Of a stretch of DNA of 64,000 bases, positions 1 through 10,135 are shown piece after piece. The translations under genes and the position numbers were made by a program. The notes beneath the pieces were generated by a model, which saw nothing but the letters and a program-made list of their open reading frames with translations, did not search any database and was not told the origin of the DNA. Each line of letters begins with the position of its first letter. Within the stretch, counting starts at the first letter, position 1. Source of the stretch: an uncultured Nitrososphaerota archaeon. Lineage in GTDB: Archaea; Thermoproteota; Nitrososphaeria; Nitrososphaerales; CADDZS01. Location of the stretch: the NCBI GenBank assembly GCA_963799845.1, contig CAWCYI010000004.1:1824001-1888000 (forward strand). Direction: 5' to 3'.

Positions 1-6
1 TACACG

Positions 7-1017
7 ATGGGCGAAGTGAAGCTCGGCCTACCGGGCGACATCGTAAAGCTCCCGATAATAATGGGCCACGAAAACCTCGGCGTAATCGAGGCGATCGGAT
101 CCGAAGCCGCGAAGAAGATGCTCATGGAAGGCCCTCCGCTCGAAGTCGGCGAACGGGTCTATATCGCAGCCGACATCCGATGTGGTCAGTGCTACAACTG
201 CAAGAACATCTACGGCTTCCCCTGGTGCTTGAATCACACGAGCTATGGTGACGTGATCAGCTGCACAAAGCCGCCACATCTATTCGGCGGCTACTCGGAA
301 AAAATGTTCATCCTCGAGCACAGCGACCTCTTCAGAGTCCCCAAGAACCTACCTAACGAAATTGCGCTTTTGGCGGAACAGATGGCGGTTGCATACGGGG
401 CATTCGGACGAGGATTCCAAAGTCCAATAACAAAAGAAGGGTACTCACCCGGCGATACTGTAGTGGTGCAGGGCGTCGGCTCGCTTGGGTTGTGCAACGC
501 TCTGATGGCAAGGATGCTCGGCGCCGGAAAAATAATCGCAATCGACAAGTCTGAATACAGGTTGCGGCTAGCGGGGCAGTTGTGCTCAACCGAAGGAATA
601 AGCCTGAACGAATTCCCAAAGCAGTCAGACAGGATCTCGAGGGTCAATGCGCTGACCGATGGGATTGGAGCAGACACGGTCGTCGAATGCACGGGAGATC
701 CCGGAGTTATCTCCGAGGGTCTTGACATGCTACGCATAGGCGGGACGTACCTAGTAGAAGGAGCGTTTGTCGAAGATGCCGACACGCGAATCTCTCCGTC
801 ACGTCAGGTTCTTGCGAAGAACGCGAGGATCATCGGAGTTTCAGGAATGCCGCACCAGGCATACGGGCGGGTGCTAAAGATGATGGACAGCTATCGCAAC
901 ATCATCCCGTTTGAAAAGATGATAACTCACAGGTTCGACGTCGAAGACGCGAATGAGGCGATCGAAGTCTCAATGTCGCCGGACTCTGGCAAGGTCGCTC
1001 TCGGTTCAATGCGTTGA
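7..1017 (+). CDS. Zn-dependent alcohol/sugar dehydrogenase (MDR family), 5' end probably outside the window
   Basis: GHE catalytic-Zn motif, CGQCYNC...C structural Zn site, GVGSLG Rossmann motif; the frame is open to base 1. Confidence 0.9.
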   Translation: MGEVKLGLPGDIVKLPIIMGHENLGVIEAIGSEAAKKMLMEGPPLEVGERVYIAADIRCGQCYNCKNIYGFPWCLNHTSYGDVISCTKPPHLFGGYSEKMFILEHSDLFRVPKNLPNEIALLAEQMAVAYGAFGRGFQSPITKEGYSPGDTVVVQGVGSLGLCNALMARMLGAGKIIAIDKSEYRLRLAGQLCSTEGISLNEFPKQSDRISRVNALTDGIGADTVVECTGDPGVISEGLDMLRIGGTYLVEGAFVEDADTRISPSRQVLAKNARIIGVSGMPHQAYGRVLKMMDSYRNIIPFEKMITHRFDVEDANEAIEVSMSPDSGKVALGSMR

Positions 1018-1083
1018 ATCACTGATCTTTCTAGAATCACTTGAGATTTCCTTAATAGCGAAAATCCGTTTCGGACTAGTCTA

Positions 1084-1564
1084 TTGTCAACTCAAAGCAA
1101 AATCTGGTATTTCGCATACGGCTCGAACTTGAACGTTGACCAGATGAAATCCCGCATAGGCGCGTGGCAGCTATCGAGAAGAGCCATCGTCAGAATCTAC
1201 AAACTCGTGTTCAACGTCTTCTCTAAACAACGAGGCGGCTACTCTGCCAACCTGCAGGAGACGAGCAACTTCGAGGACACAGTTTCTGGCGTGGTCTACC
1301 ACATTACGCAGGATCAACTAAACAAGTTGCAAAAATCCGAGGGAGTAGCACCGGTCGAGATCAGAGTCGAGCTGAGAAGACGGGAACGAAATTTCGCACG
1401 CGAAAGTCTTCATCTGGAAGACGACGGAAAAAGAGCACGAGCCCCATAAAGACTACAGACGCATCATCGAACAGGGCTTTTTGCAGCACGGATACCCGGA
1501 TTCCTCGGCGAAGAAAATTTTCGAGCGGTTCAGTAATCCCAAAGCTGAAATCCTGAGCGAGTAA
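1084..1564 (+). CDS. Gamma-glutamylcyclotransferase family protein, frameshifted near 1376
   Basis: N-terminal YFAYGSNL motif; a second frame continues EDGNEISHAKVFIW...PHKDYRRIIEQGFLQHGYP to TAA at 1562-1564, which resembles the usual GGCT C-terminus. Confidence 0.8.
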
Positions 1565-3097
1565 TTATTCTGGTGGTATCTCGCGAAAAGCGAAAGAAAT
1601 ATCGATTCCTCTTGCCTTCTGCCTGGATTTAGAAATTACATAGATCACTACGCCCGCGAGAAAAGTCGCTGCAATGTATCCGTAGGCAAGAGTGTTCCCT
1701 CCCCAGACCGATCCGTACGCGAAGAACTCGTAAGTGAGGTAGGAAAAAACCAGGATCTGTAGAAGACCTGCAATAAAGAGGACAATTTTTTCACGGCCAC
1801 TGTGCAACTGCCTGAAAGCATAGACCACGGCAGCAAGCCCGACGAATGCAAAATAAATCATTGCAGCCACTACCGCCCCGTATAGAGAAGATATCGTCCC
1901 ATAAAGAAACGAAGCAAGCCCGATCAAGATCACCGTAATGACAAGATCAAGTAAATGCGCAACAACGGGCGACCCGTACTTCGGGCTGACGTAAGCCAGC
2001 CGCTCCGGGAGGAAGCGGTCAAACGCCTGAGCGAGCAGGTATCTCGAGATCGTAATTATTCCAAAGGCAAGGACTGCGACAGTGAAAAGTATCCAGCCCA
2101 GTCCGATGATCAACTTTACCAGATAGCTCCCGGATACCCCCATGGCAAGCGTCCAGAAATTGAACGAGTAGTTGTACACCAGATTGGAATTAGAAAGCGC
2201 TGAATTCGTGAATGCGAATCCTCCCACATAATACATCACCGCAAAGGGAACCGTGAGGAGGATGAAGGCGACGAGAAGCGAAACGGGCGTGCTCCACCTG
2301 ATGGTCTTGCCGCCCTTCAGTTCTGATCCGACCGAGGGTGCCGCATTGAACCACGGATAGCTGAACAGCGCGAAAAATGGCATGATCAAAAGGGTGTTTC
2401 CAAGATTGAAGCCCGTCGATCCCTGGTAGGAATTTGCAATCGAATTGTATGTGGTATTTGTTATGTTAAGTGAAGAAACATAGTTTACAACTCCCTCTCT
2501 CCCCGCGAAGAGAAGCGACGCAACGGATACGACGATAGAAATTATTCCGATAGCCCAGAATATCGAAATAATTCTGAAACCGGAGTTGGGTCTGAAAATG
2601 TTGAGAAGGACTAACAGCGCTACAATGAGCGAACCTATGAGAAACTGGTAGACGGGTGTGGCTCCAGAAGTTGCGAGCTGAACCATGCTTGAATAACCGA
2701 GATTTACACCCACCGAACCAATCGCGAACACGGCGGACAGTGCGATGAGTGCGAGGTACGGCATGGTCTCGAGTGTGATTCCCATAAAGGTCAGAGTGCT
2801 CCCGGCAAAACCTCCGAGGGACCTCGAAACCCAGACGTAATCCCCGCCCGTCCTTGAAATATGCCTCTGCATAATCGTGTAGACGATCATCTGCGGCACG
2901 GCGAACATTGCCGCAATTGCAGATCCGTAAACCAAGTTGACGCCGGTTACAGTTGGGAGGGCCAGCATGGTAAATCCAATCAGAGCGAGAGCCGCACCGA
3001 TCGACATGTAGCTGATGTTTATCGCGATCGAATCCAGAAAGGAAACACTCCTGACAAGACCGGTCGCCTGTCTGACGAAGACCTTGCTTTCTCCCAC
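1565..3097 (-). CDS. APC family amino acid permease
   Basis: FVRQATGLVR start, SRTGGDYVWVSR and AFDRFLPERLAYVSPKYGSPVVA motifs, about 12 TM segments. Confidence 0.9.
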   Translation of the reverse strand: MGESKVFVRQATGLVRSVSFLDSIAINISYMSIGAALALIGFTMLALPTVTGVNLVYGSAIAAMFAVPQMIVYTIMQRHISRTGGDYVWVSRSLGGFAGSTLTFMGITLETMPYLALIALSAVFAIGSVGVNLGYSSMVQLATSGATPVYQFLIGSLIVALLVLLNIFRPNSGFRIISIFWAIGIISIVVSVASLLFAGREGVVNYVSSLNITNTTYNSIANSYQGSTGFNLGNTLLIMPFFALFSYPWFNAAPSVGSELKGGKTIRWSTPVSLLVAFILLTVPFAVMYYVGGFAFTNSALSNSNLVYNYSFNFWTLAMGVSGSYLVKLIIGLGWILFTVAVLAFGIITISRYLLAQAFDRFLPERLAYVSPKYGSPVVAHLLDLVITVILIGLASFLYGTISSLYGAVVAAMIYFAFVGLAAVVYAFRQLHSGREKIVLFIAGLLQILVFSYLTYEFFAYGSVWGGNTLAYGYIAATFLAGVVIYVISKSRQKARGIDISFAFREIPPE

Positions 3098-3188
3098 GTT
3101 GAAAATCCGAACACATGTTCGGAAATCTTACATATTTATGATTGCCCACATGTTGTTGGACTCTCGCAAACCTGATGGGATAATATCA

Positions 3189-4247
3189 ATGGGAAAAGTT
3201 GAGCGCGTTCTTCTGGATCTCATAGAGCGAACCGGAAACGAAGTTTACCAGTCCGACCTCGTGAGGCAGAGCGGTTTTTCGAAAAGCCGCGTTTCCGAAG
3301 TTCTCTCGGCACTTGAAGGAAAGGGACTTGTGTCCAGAGTCCCCCTGGGGAAAAATTTCAGGGTGATCGCTTCCGGCAAAACTAAAATCGGGAGATCAGA
3401 AATTCGTAAAGACAAAAGGAATAGCAAGATTCTGAGACTCGGAATTATACGTGCATCTGAATATCCATTCGTCCTGCCGTTTGAAAGACTGCTCCGAGAA
3501 AAGCTCGACATCAACCTCAGCCTGGTCACTTACAACAACGGAATCGATCTCTCGCGGGATCTGTCACTCCTTCGACTAGATCTTGGTATCGCGCCGGTGC
3601 TGACGCACTTTATGTTTTATTCGATCGGCTCTCCGATCAGGATGATTGCCCCGGCGGGCTCAGGCGGAGCGACAATTCTCGTGAACAATTCTACTAAGAG
3701 AAAAACTAAAGATCAATCTTACGAAGTGGCATCGACGAAACTGTCAACGATGGAGCTGATGCTTCGAGCTTCGATCAGCGACGGGGACTTACCTTCGTCC
3801 TCCAAGATTCAATACTGCAACAGTCCGAAACAGTTGATGAACGCGGCAGTATCCGGAAATGTTGACGCGGCGTGCATCTGGGAGCCCTACTCCACGATTC
3901 TCCTCAAGGACAAGCACCGAAGTTTCAAGAGACTTATCAGGCGTGACGATTCCGAGGAGTACATCTGCTGTGCGCTTGCCGCGGGAAATCACCTCGACAT
4001 CAACACGCTCCGTCGCATAGCCAAAATTTACGATGAATCCATGGATGAATACAGAAAGAGCCCCGAGAAGTTCTTTGCCCCGTACTCGGCGTTCATGGGA
4101 TTCGATGAAAAACTGATGAGGACAGTTGCGAAGGAATACACTTATCCCGCGGAGCTGGATTATCGCAAACTTTCAAAACAGTTTGAACATGCCGGGATCA
4201 AGATACCATTACCATCCAGCGTGAAAGAAGCCGTGCTGTCCGCATAG
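3189..4247 (+). CDS. wHTH (MarR-like) fused to NitT/TauT-like substrate-binding domain; putative regulator
   Basis: YQSDLVRQSGFSKSRVSEVLSALEGKGLV HTH, then LRLGIIRASEY and VDAACIWEPY SBP motifs; no signal peptide; start chosen at ATG 3189. Confidence 0.75.
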   Translation: MGKVERVLLDLIERTGNEVYQSDLVRQSGFSKSRVSEVLSALEGKGLVSRVPLGKNFRVIASGKTKIGRSEIRKDKRNSKILRLGIIRASEYPFVLPFERLLREKLDINLSLVTYNNGIDLSRDLSLLRLDLGIAPVLTHFMFYSIGSPIRMIAPAGSGGATILVNNSTKRKTKDQSYEVASTKLSTMELMLRASISDGDLPSSSKIQYCNSPKQLMNAAVSGNVDAACIWEPYSTILLKDKHRSFKRLIRRDDSEEYICCALAAGNHLDINTLRRIAKIYDESMDEYRKSPEKFFAPYSAFMGFDEKLMRTVAKEYTYPAELDYRKLSKQFEHAGIKIPLPSSVKEAVLSA

Positions 4248-4366
4248 TAAAGGAAAAAACACCTGCCTTTACTCAGTGGAAAAAGCCGCAAAGTTGCTCG
4301 ACAACTAAAACGAGCAACGCTTAATTCTAATCCGGACTCGCAACTCATTTTCAGGACGAAAAAGAA

Positions 4367-6118
4367 ATGTCATCCGAGTTTACCGGCGTCAAGTTCATCG
4401 CAGAGTACTTCAAAAAATCAGGCATTAAGCACGTCTTTGGCATTCCTGGTCACGGGAATGCTGCGATCGTTGACGAGCTCATCGATTACTCCTCTGACAT
4501 ACAGTTTGTCCCGATAAAACACGAGCAGTGGGGCGGCCACATGGCCGACGGGTACTTTAGAGCAAACAGGAAAGTGCCGGCAGTTGTAACGACTTCCGTC
4601 GGACCAGGAGCTACAAACCTCGCGACCGCGCTTGCAACAGCTTACGTTGATTCTTCGACCTTCATCGCCCTGACCGGGGAGATTCAGACCTATTTCTTCG
4701 GCATGGGCATCTTTCAGGAGATCGAGCGGCAGAATTCCATTGATTACATCAACGCGATGCGCCACCTCGCAAAGCGAACCTGGCTCGTCTCAAGCATCAA
4801 GCAACTCCCGAGAGTTTTGCAGAACGCGCACAGGGAAGCCCTGAGTGGCAGGCCCGGCCCGGTTTTGATCGACCTACCCATGGAGCTGCAGGTGGAGAAA
4901 ACTAGTGCGAAAGTCCCGGATCCCCCGGTGATTCTTGGACGGCTGTACCCCGACCCGGCAAGCGTCGAGAAAGCTGCGGAACTCTTGCTCTCGGCAGAGC
5001 GACCATTCATCCTCATCGGAGGGGGCGTGGTCATGTCCGACGCGCAGGGCGAGCTCGTGAGGGTCGCCGAATTTCTGGGAGCCCCGGTGGCCGCGACGTT
5101 CAGGGGCGACGCGAAGGGCGGTTTTCCCGAAGACAACGATCTCTACGTGTTCTCCCCGGGAAATGTGGGGAGTCTGGTTGCAAACAGACTTGCAACGGAA
5201 GCGGACGTGATACTCGCGGTCGGGACGACGTTCAGCGACGAGACCACAAGTTCGTACTCTCCGGGCGTGACCTTCAACATCCCTCCAACGAAATTGATTC
5301 ACATGGACATCGATCCGCGAGAGATCGGGAAAAACTACCCGACGGAAGTCGGCATCAATTCCGATGCAAAGGCGGGTCTCTCTTCCCTGTACGACGTTCT
5401 GTCGCAGATGGGAAAGAAAGCAGATTATCACAGGTCCGCCCACTACCAGCGGATAAAGCAGCTAAAGGATCAGTGGTTCCAGGAGATCGATGCCCTGAGG
5501 ACGCAAACTCCCATGGGAATCCCGAACGCGGTCAAGATCTTGCGCGCCGTGCTCCCGAAGAGCGCGATCGTTTCCGTGAGCGCGGGCCTGCCTCAGGAGA
5601 TTATGGCGCAGTTGTGGACGACTTCAGAGCCGAGGACGTTTTTGAGTTCGGGCGGATATTCGACGATGGGGTTTGCCTTCCCGGCGGCGATGGGCGCCAA
5701 GCTCGCCCGACCGGACAGAGTGGCCGTTGCGGTGGAAGGGGACGGCTCGTTCATGATGAACAATGTCGAGCTCCTTACCGCAGTCCAGTTGAAGCTCCCC
5801 GTCGTTGTCGTGATCCTGAACAATTTTGGCTGGATCTCGATCAGAGACCTGCAGATTAGAAATTTTCAGGGCAGAATTGTAGGGACGGATTTCAAGGATC
5901 GAACTGGAAAAGTCAGGACACCGGATTTTGAAATGATCTCGAAAGGGTACGGAGCAGAATATTTCCGCGCGGAGAACCCCGCGGAACTTTCAAAATCGGT
6001 TTCGAGCGCGATTCTATCGGAGGGACCGGCGGTCGTGGAGGCCATCATCGAGAACAAGTTCCCGTACAGCGGATCAAAGTCCTACGGATTCTGGGACCTG
6101 CCGTCGAGAGCCAACTAG
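4367..6118 (+). CDS. Thiamine-pyrophosphate-binding protein (ALS/IolD-like)
   Basis: GIPGHGN, HEQ catalytic Glu, GPGATN, GDGSFMMN...NN TPP motif, C-terminal WDLP. Confidence 0.9.
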   Translation: MSSEFTGVKFIAEYFKKSGIKHVFGIPGHGNAAIVDELIDYSSDIQFVPIKHEQWGGHMADGYFRANRKVPAVVTTSVGPGATNLATALATAYVDSSTFIALTGEIQTYFFGMGIFQEIERQNSIDYINAMRHLAKRTWLVSSIKQLPRVLQNAHREALSGRPGPVLIDLPMELQVEKTSAKVPDPPVILGRLYPDPASVEKAAELLLSAERPFILIGGGVVMSDAQGELVRVAEFLGAPVAATFRGDAKGGFPEDNDLYVFSPGNVGSLVANRLATEADVILAVGTTFSDETTSSYSPGVTFNIPPTKLIHMDIDPREIGKNYPTEVGINSDAKAGLSSLYDVLSQMGKKADYHRSAHYQRIKQLKDQWFQEIDALRTQTPMGIPNAVKILRAVLPKSAIVSVSAGLPQEIMAQLWTTSEPRTFLSSGGYSTMGFAFPAAMGAKLARPDRVAVAVEGDGSFMMNNVELLTAVQLKLPVVVVILNNFGWISIRDLQIRNFQGRIVGTDFKDRTGKVRTPDFEMISKGYGAEYFRAENPAELSKSVSSAILSEGPAVVEAIIENKFPYSGSKSYGFWDLPSRAN

Positions 6119-6157
6119 AGATTTTACAATGTACGACGTAGGGATGGGCTGTTTCAG

Positions 6158-7255
6158 ATGACGAGTAAAGTTGGCACGGCCGTAGTGGGGTTGGGCACGA
6201 TCGGGTCAGTGCACGCCGAGTGGTACGCTCAGATTCCGGAATCTACTCTCGTAGCGGTCTGCGATGCACGTGAAGACGTGTCAAGAAAGATCGCAGCAAA
6301 ACACGGCGTGAAAGGATACACGGATTTTCACGAGCTCATCGAAGACAAGAATGTCGAGGCTCTTACGGTCGCGGTTCCAAACTATCTCCACCATGACGTC
6401 GCGGTCGCTGCTCTAAAAGCTGGAAAGCACGTCGCGGTTGAAAAACCTCTCTGCCTGACACTCGCCGAAGCCGATGAGATGATCAGGGAGGCAAAGAAAG
6501 CAGGAGCCGTGGACATGTATACCGAAAACCTCTGCTTTGCTCCGTCGTACCGCGCGGCAAAGGACATCGTCGACAAGGGAGGGCTCGGAAACCTGTACCT
6601 CTGCAAGGCGTTCGAGTCAGACGACATCGTCCTCGGATCGGAGGCGGAGAAGAACGTTCTCAAGACGAGCTGGTACCTTGACCCGAAGCAGTCTGGAGGA
6701 GGGAAGTTGATCAGCACTGGGGTGCACGCCGTTGAATACGTGAGGTTCATGTTCAATCATCCGCGGGCGTTGAGGGTGCATGCCGAAATCATCGACAGCA
6801 TCGGGGTGCAGAAACCGGAGCGGATGGAGGACATGGCGCTCGTCACGATCAGGTTTGAGGGAAACCGCGTCGGAGAAGTTCACACCGGCGGCTACATGAC
6901 GGGCGGGACGGATGACCGCGCCGAGATTTACGGCGACCAGGGGACCATATTCTTGGACCTCTACAGGCGCAATGAGATAAAGGTGCACAGCCACGTCGGT
7001 TACGGCAGCGTGGGGCAATCGATGTTTCAGCCCTCGGAGGGAGCTGACATTGGTTGGTCGTTTCCGATTCCAGACGAAAAGTACGACCTCGGGTACTACC
7101 ACGAGCAGCGGCACTTTTTGCAGTGCGTGATCGCCGGGAAGAGGCCGAAGGTCAACTTCGACGACGGCCGCGCCACTTTAGAGATAGTGCTCGCGGCTTA
7201 CGCGTCTCATGACCGCGGAGAATCGATAAATCTGCCGCTGCAATCCGTTCAATGA
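6158..7255 (+). CDS. Gfo/Idh/MocA family oxidoreductase
   Basis: GLGTIG Rossmann motif, GKHVAVEKP, SGGGKLISTGVH. Confidence 0.92.
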   Translation: MTSKVGTAVVGLGTIGSVHAEWYAQIPESTLVAVCDAREDVSRKIAAKHGVKGYTDFHELIEDKNVEALTVAVPNYLHHDVAVAALKAGKHVAVEKPLCLTLAEADEMIREAKKAGAVDMYTENLCFAPSYRAAKDIVDKGGLGNLYLCKAFESDDIVLGSEAEKNVLKTSWYLDPKQSGGGKLISTGVHAVEYVRFMFNHPRALRVHAEIIDSIGVQKPERMEDMALVTIRFEGNRVGEVHTGGYMTGGTDDRAEIYGDQGTIFLDLYRRNEIKVHSHVGYGSVGQSMFQPSEGADIGWSFPIPDEKYDLGYYHEQRHFLQCVIAGKRPKVNFDDGRATLEIVLAAYASHDRGESINLPLQSVQ

Positions 7256-7260
7256 GAAAC

Positions 7261-7345
7261 AAGCTCTCTAAGCTCCGTTCAGCTCGTTTCAAGCTCTTCT
7301 GAGCTTACAGAGCTCGAACGTCAGCTCTTCGCTCAAAAAGTGCTC
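7261..7345. repeat. Phased AGCTC-like pentamer array (about 10 bp period)
   Basis: AGCTC at 7262, 7271, 7281, 7292, 7311 and 7323; AGCTT at 7302; GCTC at 7331 and 7342. Confidence 0.6.
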
Positions 7346-7464
7346 GTGTGTAGAAACGCAGAAAAAAAATTCTATATAAGAATCAATGGAAACTAGTAAT
7401 TAAAGAAAGACTAGAAACACGTCTTTCTTGGCTTCAGGGTATGGAACAAGACCTGACGAATGCT

Positions 7465-9363
7465 TTAGGGCGAAGAGCTTTCGGTCTCCGTAGTAGTCAT
7501 GATTTGTGTAATAGTGGTCCCGCATGCTCCAATGATCGGATTTCCCAAATAGGTTCCGCCGCTCGCACCCAGGAAATTGCTGCCGCAGAAATTGACGACG
7601 GTTCCATTGTTTACAAAATCGCCCGCGTTGATGATGGTGCCGTTGTTGTTTACGATGTCGCGATTCTGGAACTCAGAGCCTGGGAGGTTTTGGAGCGTTC
7701 CATAGTTGTTGATCGTGCTGTTAAAATTCGCGCCGATTACAAAATTCTGGATTACTCCGGAGTTGTTCAAAGAACCGTAATTGTTGAAAATCGCGCCGTT
7801 GCCGAAATTCCCTCCGGCCAGGTAAGCCGTTTGATTGGGATCGCTGGAGTTGGCGGGATAATTTGCATAGTACCCGATGATCTCGAACGCTCCGTAGTTG
7901 TTTACGGTTCCTCCGCTCGGCATGAAGTTAGTGTTGTTATCACTTACAAAAGTAGCGTTTGCCGATATCAGGCCATAATTATCGATGATTCCCTCTTGAC
8001 CAAATGTATTCTTGAGATCAATTGTGCCGTTGTTTATTATCGTGCCATAATTTTCAAACCCGAATCCCGGATTGTCTAGAACGAGCGTGATCCCGGGGAA
8101 TATGTCCAGGATCGTGTTAGGACTCACCAGAAAAGAAGGCGATGTGGTCTCGGACCCCGTGAGCATGCATGTGTTTGCTTCCCACTTTGCCGTGCCGCTG
8201 CCCGGCATGAGGCTCTCGCACGCTGCCGATCCGTTTGAATTGTCAAGTATAATGGAATTTGAAATAGAATTCGAGATGGTCGTTGTCGTGGAAGTAGTTT
8301 GGATATTGTCCCATTCTTGGAACGATAAGTAGAAACCTGTCGTGTTAGTGTACCACAGTATCAGCAGGTTTGCATCCAGATAATTTACGGTGGCGTTTTC
8401 AGGATCGGGAAGAACCCAGCTGTTGTCCGACTCGCACCGGAAGCCGAGGTTCAATGAGCATGGAGGTGTCCACACGAAGGGGACGCTTCCAGAAACGCCA
8501 TCGGGCGTAGTAATGTTGAAGATGAACATGTATTGGCTGCCATTCCCAGACATGATGTGTCCGTTCGGATTGGAAAACTGGATCGTGAAATTCCCGACTA
8601 TTGTTCGCGATGGAATCTTATCGTAAGAAAAAGCTTCGTTGGAGGTTAGAACTGGATTTTGGCTGGAGCTCGTCGTAGAAGTTCCGGAAGTCGTAGTAAT
8701 CCAGCTGGTCGTCCCCGTATGGGAGCTGAAGATCGTCATGTTCACTTCCAGTAATTGCCCGAGAGAAGTACCGTTTATTGAATTCAGCAGCGGCAAGATC
8801 GTGATAATGTAAGACCCGGGGGCTTCCATTACGCTAGTGGGGATCTGGTTAAAATCGATGAATTCTTCGCCTTCAGTTACGTTGACAAGGGCCAGTGCTC
8901 CCGGCACAGCCCAACTCCATACGCCAGTCCCATTCTGGTTCACTACCAGAATCGTGTTAATCGGATGCTGAATCTCAAACTCCTCAGTCCGGTTTGATAG
9001 GTAGGTCAAGGTGGAGTTCAGGTCAACCGTGTTCTGATTCACATATGCGAAAACGGAAAACTCCCAGGTTTTATTCAAAGCATACTCGGAGAGTTGTGAA
9101 TAGGGAATCGACAGAGAAAAATTTTGGGCACTCGGTACGGTCGTTGTGATGGTCGTGTTTTGAGTAAGGTTGGTTGTCGCCGAAGTACTAGACTGGCTGG
9201 AGGTTGAAGATGAGTTCAGACTGGTGATGGTCGAAGAAACTGTGTAGCTTCCCGAATTGGAGGGTATCGAGCTGAGATATATGCCGAGAACTACGGAAAT
9301 AGCTATGATTGGAATCACTCCAATTGCGACCACCTTGCTTGTAATTTTGGCCAAGTGATTCAC
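7465..9363 (-). CDS. Membrane-anchored surface protein with Ser/Thr linkers and C-terminal N-x-G repeats
   Basis: N-terminal TM helix, S/T-rich linkers, repeated NNYG/NNGT units, many N-x-S/T sequons. Confidence 0.8.
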   Translation of the reverse strand: MNHLAKITSKVVAIGVIPIIAISVVLGIYLSSIPSNSGSYTVSSTITSLNSSSTSSQSSTSATTNLTQNTTITTTVPSAQNFSLSIPYSQLSEYALNKTWEFSVFAYVNQNTVDLNSTLTYLSNRTEEFEIQHPINTILVVNQNGTGVWSWAVPGALALVNVTEGEEFIDFNQIPTSVMEAPGSYIITILPLLNSINGTSLGQLLEVNMTIFSSHTGTTSWITTTSGTSTTSSSQNPVLTSNEAFSYDKIPSRTIVGNFTIQFSNPNGHIMSGNGSQYMFIFNITTPDGVSGSVPFVWTPPCSLNLGFRCESDNSWVLPDPENATVNYLDANLLILWYTNTTGFYLSFQEWDNIQTTSTTTTISNSISNSIILDNSNGSAACESLMPGSGTAKWEANTCMLTGSETTSPSFLVSPNTILDIFPGITLVLDNPGFGFENYGTIINNGTIDLKNTFGQEGIIDNYGLISANATFVSDNNTNFMPSGGTVNNYGAFEIIGYYANYPANSSDPNQTAYLAGGNFGNGAIFNNYGSLNNSGVIQNFVIGANFNSTINNYGTLQNLPGSEFQNRDIVNNNGTIINAGDFVNNGTVVNFCGSNFLGASGGTYLGNPIIGACGTTITQIMTTTETESSSP

Positions 9364-9520
9364 CAGCGCTTCTTTGAATGGAGAGTAGGGACTGGCGCTA
9401 TTTCATTCTTGAGTGTTCCCCGTCTGTTCTATCGGGCAGAACAACCCGATGAAAATCCTGTTGCCGGCCAACAGCACGACGTCGAAATCAAACGAGAAAA
9501 ACTAGGTGTGTGCGATTTCA

Positions 9521-10015
9521 CTATCGCAGTCCCAGAGCGTCTTTAAGATCTATTTCGTGATCCTGTTCTTGCGCAATGACCTTGCGCAAAGCCTCGGAAA
9601 GCGCAAATTCTCCCGCTGCTTCCGCCTCGCGAATCCTCTCTCTGTAGTTCTTGATTGTGTTCTGCTCGTCTTTCAGATCGATCTCCAGCATCCTCTTTGA
9701 TTCATTTGAAAACTCCGCCTGTTTTGGCGTCACAGTCGGATTTCCTCCAAGGTAGTCGATCTGTCTTGCGACTTCCAGTGCATGTGCCAGTTCTTGGGAA
9801 GCGTGCTGCTTCAACTGGTCCGCGATGTCGTTGTACTCGGCGCCCTTTAGCGCGGAGCTGAAAACCACGTACTGAATTATCGCTTTGTATTCTCTAGCAA
9901 GATCCTCGTTCAATCCCTTGATTATCTGCTGCCGGGCAGCGGAAGAAGTACCTTCGGCGTCTGCTGCGATTGAAGTCTTGTCGCTCACTATTCTTACACG
10001 TTGTCCAATTGGCAT
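9521..10015 (-). CDS. Ferritin-like (bacterioferritin/Dps-like) protein
   Basis: LNEDLAREYKAIIQY, ELAH, IDYLGGNP and EQDH di-iron motifs. Confidence 0.88.
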   Translation of the reverse strand: MPIGQRVRIVSDKTSIAADAEGTSSAARQQIIKGLNEDLAREYKAIIQYVVFSSALKGAEYNDIADQLKQHASQELAHALEVARQIDYLGGNPTVTPKQAEFSNESKRMLEIDLKDEQNTIKNYRERIREAEAAGEFALSEALRKVIAQEQDHEIDLKDALGLR

Positions 10016-10135
10016 GACACACTAATAAAATTTGAATCGTGGATCTCTCACATTATTGAAATGCCTGCAAGTATATTCGACATACAGTATCCGAAATTGC
10101 TACATTATCGGCATTTTATCTTTTGAGAATACACT

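Noticed and set aside
3015-3188. Longer N-terminus for the wHTH-SBP protein
   Set aside because: It overlaps the divergent permease start; the domain begins at ATG 3189.
4418-7114. Several 100-190 aa overlapping ORFs
   Set aside because: Antisense or off-frame shadows of well-supported GC-rich genes; no motifs.
7441-8079. 212-aa plus-strand ORF
   Set aside because: Antisense shadow of the Asn-Gly repeat region of the surface protein.
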